In this document: in pieces, positions 20,736 to 26,483 of the stretch | Layout: each line of letters starts with the position of its first letter | Numbering within the stretch: position 1 is the stretch's first letter | DNA from: Candidatus Scalinduaceae bacterium | GTDB taxonomy: Bacteria; Planctomycetota; Brocadiia; Brocadiales; Scalinduaceae | Direction: 5' to 3' | NCBI GenBank assembly: GCA_046759445.1 | Contig: JBHICG010000046.1 | Span: 1 to 26,483 of the forward strand | DNA length: 26,483 nucleotides | Program-made: the position numbers and the translations under genes | Notes under the pieces: generated by a model | Told to the model about the DNA's origin: nothing | Database searches by the model: none | What the model saw: only the letters and a program-made list of their open reading frames with translations

Positions 20736-21035
20736 TTAATTTTCAGAGAAACGACTTTTCCTTATTGATTTAATCGAAAGAGGATCTTGTAAGTATTTAT
20801 TATGGCATTTATTACACAAATCAAAACGAAACGTCTTATACTCAACATCTTCCATTTCATCTGAATCATCTTCATCAATTTCATCTTCTTCAAAATCATC
20901 TATCAATTCTTCATCAAAGTCATTTTCACATTCCATAGAGTCACATGCTGCGTAAACTTCTATTTTTACTACATACCTATTATCTTCTTCAGTAGCCAAC
21001 GATTTACCACACATATCACAACTGTAGTGAACCAT
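20736..21035 (-). CDS. Small acidic Zn-binding hypothetical protein
   Basis: MVHYSCDMC...D/E-rich...FDLCNKC; AGGAGG RBS before ATG 21035. Confidence 0.8.
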   Translation of the reverse strand: MVHYSCDMCGKSLATEEDNRYVVKIEVYAACDSMECENDFDEELIDDFEEDEIDEDDSDEMEDVEYKTFRFDLCNKCHNKYLQDPLSIKSIRKSRFSEN

Positions 21036-21148
21036 GCACAAATCCCTCCTTTTGTTATAAGGTAGCCAAAACAAACCATTTTGGCTCAAGCCTCAGAGTT
21101 TAAAAACAATTGTCTTGTTCTTTGATAACACAAAAATGATTATTAAAT

Positions 21149-21202
21149 ACTTCATCTTTGTGCATAAAGACTTCATCTTTGTGAATAAAGACTTCATCTT
21201 TG
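21149..21202. repeat. 21-bp tandem repeat, ~2.6 copies
   Basis: ACTTCATCTTTGTG(C/A)ATAAAG twice, then ACTTCATCTTTG. Confidence 0.9.
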
Positions 21203-21429
21203 ACATTAGAAATTTATTATACGTAAATGGTATTTTTTGTCAAGAACATTAGAATTTGAATAAATAAACGTTATAATATCAAAACAATCAATAGATTGTA
21301 AATCGTAAGCCTTGGCACAGCAAGTGCTTAAATACATTTTAAAAGTATCTTTAGAATCTTGATTCCCAACTTTGACTGATAAAAATTCTTCTTAACATTA
21401 ATCAAGATTTAACACAAATTGACTCGCTT

Positions 21430-21795
21430 TTATGACAAATACTTATCCAACAATTTTATAGTCTCTTTGTTGCATAGCCTGTCTTTACCATAGCCTAATT
21501 TTGCTCCACTTTCTATTGCTAAATCCATTTGATCTTTGTAGTTGGTAACCATCATCAATGGTGTTTTGAAACGGCCATCCTTTTTTATTTCCTTTATCAA
21601 CGCTATACCACTTTCCTGATCAAAGGCACCAATCCTGTTAATTATAACCAAATCATAGTTATGTTTTTCTAAGAACCGCTTTGTGTCTTTTAGGAATCTT
21701 GCTCTAGTTACCTTTGCAGTAAAATTGTTTTCTATCAACGAGGTAATTTGAGGGTGATCCAGATCACAATGTCCAACTACTAAAACTTCCTTCAT
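21430..21795 (-). CDS. Atypical single-domain receiver (CheY-like) protein
   Basis: Receiver-like topology VLVVGHCDLDH...YDLVIINR...PLMMVTN...GK; canonical acidic residues are replaced. Confidence 0.7.
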   Translation of the reverse strand: MKEVLVVGHCDLDHPQITSLIENNFTAKVTRARFLKDTKRFLEKHNYDLVIINRIGAFDQESGIALIKEIKKDGRFKTPLMMVTNYKDQMDLAIESGAKLGYGKDRLCNKETIKLLDKYLS

Positions 21796-21999
21796 CTGTA
21801 TTTCTTTACCATCTTTCTAAATTAGTATCTTAATTAATGTATCTAACAACATTCTACATGTCAAGAACTCTCATTGTCTTATAATGAACTATAATGTACC
21901 TTAAACTATAAATAATGGCTTTTTGTTGACAGTATAACTAAAAAATATTTTTATATATGTCAATTACATTTATATTTTATATAATGGCACAAAATTTAC

Positions 22000-22031
22000 A
22001 TAAAAGAAAGATAAAAGAAAGATAAAAGAAG
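22000..22031. repeat. 11-bp tandem repeat ATAAAAGAAAG, ~3 copies
   Basis: Read directly from the sequence. Confidence 0.8.
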
Positions 22032-22094
22032 GTATACTATATAACATAGAGCAGCGAAGCCGCAACCAAAACTACTCTCGTCTAATTCAGAGAA

Positions 22095-22264
22095 AAATTA
22101 CAATAAACAAATTCCAAAATACAAACAAATCCCAAAATCTAATACCAAATGACCAAAACGTATGGTTTGTTTTGTAATTTCTGAACTCTGGAATCTATCA
22201 GGAAAAGGTCTCGGTTTTGATCATTGTATATTGTTTGTGATTTGTTATTTGAAATTTGTGATTT
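22095..22264. repeat. Imperfect inverted repeat built from ~7-nt AAATnnC-like units
   Basis: Left arm AAATTACAATAAACAAATTCCAAAATACAAAC...AAATGACCAAAACG. Reverse complement of the right arm (22212-22264): AAATCACAAATTTCAAATAACAAATCACAAAC...AATGATCAAAACCG. Confidence 0.75.
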
Positions 22265-22359
22265 AACCACTCATTTTCAAATAACTTAGCAAGATTGTAG
22301 CTTAAAAACATTGCTAAAAAAATAAGGTTTTACACATTTGTAGTATAGAGGGATAGTAA

Positions 22360-24084
22360 GTGGAATCACAAAATAACAGGCAGGAAAAAGATAGTGAAAA
22401 CGGCAAAAAGCCTTCTGTAGATTTTATAAGAACAATTGTCGCTGAAGATATCAGAACAAACAAGTGGGGGGGGAAGGTAATTACCAGATTCCCTCCGGAA
22501 CCAAATGGTTTTTTACATATTGGACATGCCAAGTCGATTTGTCTAAATTTTGGTATCGCAGATGAAAACAAAGGAGGACGTTGCCACTTGAGATACGATG
22601 ATACCAACCCTATTACGGAAGAAGCCAGATATGTTAATTCTATCCAGGAAGACGTCCGCTGGTTGGGCTGGGATTGGGGAAAACATCTCTACTATGCCTC
22701 GGATTATTTTGAGAAAATGTATGAGTATGCAGTACAGTTGACCAAGAAGGGACTTGCATATGTTTGTGACTTGGCTGCTGACCAGATCACTGAACATCGC
22801 GGAACCCTGACGGCGCCCGGCAAGGATAGCCCTTATCGCAACCGCAGTGTTGAAGAAAACGTGGATATGTTCAGGCGGATGAGAGATGGAGAATTTGAAG
22901 ATGGTTCTCGTGTTCTCCGTGCCAAAATCGATATGAAATCACCCAATTTGAATATGCGTGATCCTGTTATGTACCGTATTCTACATGCAGACCATCACCG
23001 GACCGGTAACAAGTGGTGTATATATCCCACTTACGATTGGGCTCATGGACTGGAGGATTCTATTGAGGGAGTTACGCATTCGATTTGTACGTTAGAATTT
23101 GAGAATCACAGACCTTTATACGATTGGTATCTTGACAAACTGGAAATACATCATCCCCAACAAATCGAGTTTGCCCGTTTAGAACTTACTTATACTGTTA
23201 TGAGTAAGCGAAAACTATTACAGTTGGTTGACGAGGGACACGTGAAAGGTTGGGACGATCCTCGAATGCCAACTATTTCCGGCATGCGAAGGCGCGGATA
23301 TAGCCCGGAATCCATTTGTGAATTCTGCAAATGTATTAGTGTAAGCAAGTTTAACAGTACTATCGATGTCGCACTGCTGGAACATTGTTTACGGGAAGAC
23401 CTGAATAAGACGTCCAATCGCGTAATGGCCGTGTTAAGACCTTTAAGAGTCGTCATAGATAACTATCCTGAGAATGAAGTTGAATGGATGGATGCACATA
23501 ATAACCCTGAAGACCCAAACGCCGGTACCAGAAAAGTTCCTTTTTCAAAGGTGTTATATATCGAACAGGATGATTTCATGGAAGAACCTCCCAGGAAGTT
23601 TTATCGTTTATCACCCGGAAGAGAAGTCAGGTTGCGTTATGCATATTTTGTGATCTGTACTGATGTCGTAAAGGATGACAAAGGCCGGATTGTCGAATTG
23701 CACTGCAGCTATGATCCGGCTACGCGTGGCGGCAATGCCCCTGACGGACGTAAAGTCAAATCAACCATTCACTGGGTATCTGTGCCTAATGCCCTGAAGG
23801 CCGAAGTTAGATTGTATGACCATCTTTTTACAAAGGAACATCCGGAAGATGTGGCAGAGGGAGATGATTTCAAATCAAATCTGAATCCGAATTCACTTCA
23901 GGTTCTATCAGACTGTCTGGTAGAGCCCGGCCTTAAAGAGGCAAAAGCATTAGATCGATTTCAATTTGAAAGGCTTGGTTATTTTTGTATCGACCCTGAT
24001 ACTTCGCAGGACAATCTTGTCTTCAATCGAACTGCAACCCTCCGTGATACCTGGGCAAAAATTAAAAAGAAACAGCAAAAATAG
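22360..24084 (+). CDS. glnS: Glutamine--tRNA ligase
   Basis: [17 protein letters not shown] (HIGH), VMSKRKL (KMSKS-like), [17 protein letters not shown]. Confidence 0.97.
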   Translation: MESQNNRQEKDSENGKKPSVDFIRTIVAEDIRTNKWGGKVITRFPPEPNGFLHIGHAKSICLNFGIADENKGGRCHLRYDDTNPITEEARYVNSIQEDVRWLGWDWGKHLYYASDYFEKMYEYAVQLTKKGLAYVCDLAADQITEHRGTLTAPGKDSPYRNRSVEENVDMFRRMRDGEFEDGSRVLRAKIDMKSPNLNMRDPVMYRILHADHHRTGNKWCIYPTYDWAHGLEDSIEGVTHSICTLEFENHRPLYDWYLDKLEIHHPQQIEFARLELTYTVMSKRKLLQLVDEGHVKGWDDPRMPTISGMRRRGYSPESICEFCKCISVSKFNSTIDVALLEHCLREDLNKTSNRVMAVLRPLRVVIDNYPENEVEWMDAHNNPEDPNAGTRKVPFSKVLYIEQDDFMEEPPRKFYRLSPGREVRLRYAYFVICTDVVKDDKGRIVELHCSYDPATRGGNAPDGRKVKSTIHWVSVPNALKAEVRLYDHLFTKEHPEDVAEGDDFKSNLNPNSLQVLSDCLVEPGLKEAKALDRFQFERLGYFCIDPDTSQDNLVFNRTATLRDTWAKIKKKQQK

Positions 24085-24209
24085 GAGTCAGCTATTTTTC
24101 TGACAGGATAACAGGATAGAAGTGGGAATACACTTGAAACAATTCAGATATACTATAAAATCCGTTACTATACAGAAACTGTAGAAGAACTTGTTAGGGA
24201 TGTAAAGAC

Positions 24210-24563
24210 ATGGAAACCAACATAGCAATAATATTTTCATTAGCTGCGTACAAGATAGTAAGTCTATTAGTTGGGCTTAGTTTTTCTTACATGGGTTTTA
24301 AGTTATTCATCGCTGGGATATGGGGCAAGGCGGGTGAACTGGATGCGCAATTTGGTGAAAATAAATTGATTTTGAAAAAAGCAGCTCCTGGAACATTTTT
24401 TGTGTTGTTCGGAACAATTATAGTTGGCCTCACAATTTGGAGAGGCCTTGAATATAAAAATATAATTGAAAAACTACCGCACACACCAGTTCCGCACTCT
24501 TCCTCACACATGCTAGAACCACTACCAAACAAACTACCATTTATAAAAGGAGATAATAAATGA
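24210..24563 (+). CDS. Small hypothetical membrane protein (2 TM), cargo-like
   Basis: Two hydrophobic segments flanking LKKAAPGTFFVLFG; TTGAAA-N16-TAAAAT upstream (24134-24161). Confidence 0.75.
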   Translation: METNIAIIFSLAAYKIVSLLVGLSFSYMGFKLFIAGIWGKAGELDAQFGENKLILKKAAPGTFFVLFGTIIVGLTIWRGLEYKNIIEKLPHTPVPHSSSHMLEPLPNKLPFIKGDNK

Positions 24564-24691
24564 AAATACGAATGATCCTCGTTTATGTTACATTAACCTT
24601 ACTGTCATTTCCTTCATATGCAGGGCCTCCTTTAGATAATGAAAAGACGCAAGAATTATATGACAAGAATCAAAAAGGTGTCACATCTTGA
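24560..24691 (+). pseudogene. Signal-peptide-bearing ORF apparently truncated by the Y1 element end
   Basis: ATGA overlap with the upstream gene and AGGAG RBS. MKIRMILVYVTLTLLSFPSYA|GPPLDNEKTQELYDKNQK-GVTS*; the stop lies inside the inverted repeat. Confidence 0.6.
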
Positions 24692-24846
24692 ATAGTGAAT
24701 AACATATTGACATAAATAAAGTGATATGATATTGTCTCGGTATGACAAGGCAATTGGAATCAAAAAGGTGTCACATCTTGAATAGTGAATAACATATTGA
24801 CATAAATAAAGTGATATGATATTGTCTCGGTATGACAAGGCAATTG
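24667..24846. repeat. Exact 90-bp tandem duplication (24667-24756 = 24757-24846)
   Basis: Unit contains 10 bp of flank, the left 24-bp IR, the promoter and the first 5 transposase codons. Confidence 0.95.
24797..24825 (+). promoter_or_regulatory. Sigma70-type promoter of the transposase (duplicated at 24707-24735), probably leaderless
   Basis: TTGACA-N17-TATTGT; ATG lies 6 nt after the -10 box and there is no SD. Confidence 0.6.
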
Positions 24847-25800
24847 CGCATTGAATATGAAGGTGCATTTTATCACGTTCTATCACGAGGGAACGAGCGA
24901 AAAGAGATTTTTCGGGATGATAAAGACCGTAGCTTGTTTACAGAAATACTTGGGGAAATGTCTGCAAGGTTTTCCGTTGACATCTTTGCGTATGTACTCA
25001 TGGGTAATCACTATCATTTATTGCTCATGACTAACAGACTAAATATTTCGAAAAGCATGCAGTGGTTAGGAGTTACCTATACACGACGGTTTAACATAAG
25101 GCATCGTCGTAGCGGGCATTTATTTCAGGGGCGGTTTAAATCATTTCTCATTGAAAATGATCAATATCTTTTAATACTTTCTTGTTATGTTCATCGGAAT
25201 CCATTACGGGCAGGGATTGTAAGACGATTGGTAGATTACCAATGGAGTAGCTATAAAATATATGCTTATGGCAAACCATCTCCTGAATGGTTAAGGACAG
25301 TTGTTCTTCTTTCTCAAATCCCTGGAAAAGATAAAAACAGGGGATATAAGGAAATAGTTCAAAATTATTCCAAAGAGGAGAAGAGGATATGGGAGGATTT
25401 TCGGCATGGTTCGCTTTTCGGGAGTAAAGAGTATTGCGATTATATTAAGTCTAAATACATATCAAAAAAGAAGCCGGACGTTGAAATTCCTCAAAAACGC
25501 CTGGTTTTAAGAGAGGAAGATTTGAACACAACAATAAGAAAGGCTGCTTCCGCTTTAGGATGCGATATCAGTAATCTCATTAATCCTAAGAGGATAAGTG
25601 GCTTAGATAAAGATAAACGTGACATACTGATATTATCATTATGGAATACAGGTTTATACAGGAATTATGAGATTGCAAAAATATTTAATATTAGTTATTC
25701 TTCCGTCAGCAAACAAGTAAGCAATATAAGGTTGAATTTAAAGAAAAAATCACAAATAAGAAAATTATTTGAAAAGGCTAATTCACTATTCAAGATGTGA
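24832..25800 (+). CDS. REP-associated-type tyrosine (Y1_Tnp, HUH) transposase with C-terminal HTH
   Basis: [13 protein letters not shown] motif [22 protein letters not shown] (catalytic Tyr), WSSY, C-terminal [18 protein letters not shown]. Confidence 0.92.
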   Translation: MTRQLRIEYEGAFYHVLSRGNERKEIFRDDKDRSLFTEILGEMSARFSVDIFAYVLMGNHYHLLLMTNRLNISKSMQWLGVTYTRRFNIRHRRSGHLFQGRFKSFLIENDQYLLILSCYVHRNPLRAGIVRRLVDYQWSSYKIYAYGKPSPEWLRTVVLLSQIPGKDKNRGYKEIVQNYSKEEKRIWEDFRHGSLFGSKEYCDYIKSKYISKKKPDVEIPQKRLVLREEDLNTTIRKAASALGCDISNLINPKRISGLDKDKRDILILSLWNTGLYRNYEIAKIFNISYSSVSKQVSNIRLNLKKKSQIRKLFEKANSLFKM

Positions 25801-25860
25801 CACCATCCACCAAGATGTGACACCATCCACCATCCTGACACCATCCACCATCCACCCACT
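25791..25860. repeat. Stuttered right junction: 20-bp tandem repeat decaying into CACCATC units
   Basis: CAAGATGTGACACCATCCAC twice (25791-25830), then CATCC TGACACCATCCAC CATCCAC CCAC. Confidence 0.9.
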
Positions 25861-25863
25861 TTT

Positions 25864-26483
25864 CCGGACAGGTGGTAAGTGGTGTATATATCCTACTTAT
25901 GACTGGGCTCATGGTCTGGAGGATTCTATTGAGGGAATTACACATTCAATATGTACGTTAGAATTTGAGAATCACAGACCTTTATATGACTGGTATCTTG
26001 ATAAGCTGGAAATTCACCATCCCCAACAAATCGAGTTTGCCCGTTTGGAGCTTACGTATACTGTTATGAGTAAGCGAAAACTTTTGCAGTTGGTTGACGA
26101 GGGACATGTGAAGGGATGGGATGACCCTCGAATGCCAACTATTTCAGGCATGCGAAGACGCGGATATAGTCAGGAATCCATTCGCCAATTCTGCAAGCGT
26201 ATTAGTGTTAGCAAGTTTAAGAGTACTATTGATGTCACACTGCTGGAACATTGTTTACGGGAAGACCTGAATAAGACATCTAATCGTGTAATGGCAGTTC
26301 TAAGACCCTTAAGAGTAGTCATAGATAACTATTCTGAAAAAGAAGTTGAATGGATGGATGCACTTAATAACCCTGAAGACCCAAACGCCGGTACCAGAAA
26401 AGTTCCGTTTTCAAAGGTGTTATACATAGAACAGGATGATTTCATGGAAGAACCTCCCAGGAAGTTTTATCGTTTATCACCCG
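25864..26483 (+). pseudogene. glnS: Second, 5'-truncated copy of glnS (codon 214 onward), runs off the window
   Basis: Gap-free alignment to 22998-23617 (offset 2866). Hand count about 56 differences in 620 nt; frame open; lacks the glnS 5' end and HIGH motif. Confidence 0.95.

Larger units (their letters stand above)
24767..25804 (+). mobile_element. Y1/HUH transposase element bounded by perfect 24-bp inverted repeats
   Basis: GGTGTCACATCTTGAATAGTGAAT (24677-24700 and 24767-24790) versus ATTCACTATTCAAGATGTGACACC (25781-25804). Confidence 0.85.

Noticed and set aside
21149..21202. Mini-CRISPR
   Set aside because: Repeats abut with no unique spacers, and no cas genes are present.
21313..21328. 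Sigma54-like TGGCAC-N5-GTGC (and TGGCAC-N5-TTAC near 21985)
   Set aside because: The first points at no sense gene; the second lacks the -12 GC.
24190..24210. Integron cassette start (GTTAGGG before ATG)
   Set aside because: Does not fit GTTRRRY; no attC stem or integrase is visible.
162..24532. Many 60-100 aa ORFs antisense to or overlapping well-supported genes
   Set aside because: Shadow ORFs with no motifs or RBS.
24667..24846. CRISPR array or the 76-aa minus-strand ORF 24656-24886
   Set aside because: Contiguous tandem duplication with no spacers; the ORF merely reads the duplication antisense.

Overview
AT-rich bacterial chromosomal window. Gene content and style suggest an anammox planctomycete such as Ca. 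Scalindua/Brocadiales; this is inference only. The core genes are three radical SAM genes (two B12-binding), hpt, a PAS hybrid kinase, a nucleotidyltransferase-TPM pair, two Hsp20 genes, DoxX, leuC and leuD split by a 1423-aa acyl-CoA dehydratase activase, and glnS. The most striking structure is at the right end. Intact glnS is followed by small cargo genes and a Y1/HUH (RAYT-like) transposase bounded by perfect 24-bp inverted repeats, with local duplications at both ends. That element is joined directly to a second, start-less, ~91%-identical copy of glnS from codon 214 onward, whose differences are mostly synonymous. This suggests an element that integrates in an essential gene and carries a replacement 3' half. 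The window also holds several small non-autonomous or palindromic elements: a GxxExxY cassette in inverted repeats, a 248-bp MITE with TIRs and a TSD, a transposase-less IS200-like remnant, and an empty inverted 7-mer repeat element. Unannotated pseudogenes include a multicopper oxidase, a PhoU-like gene and a globin-like fragment.
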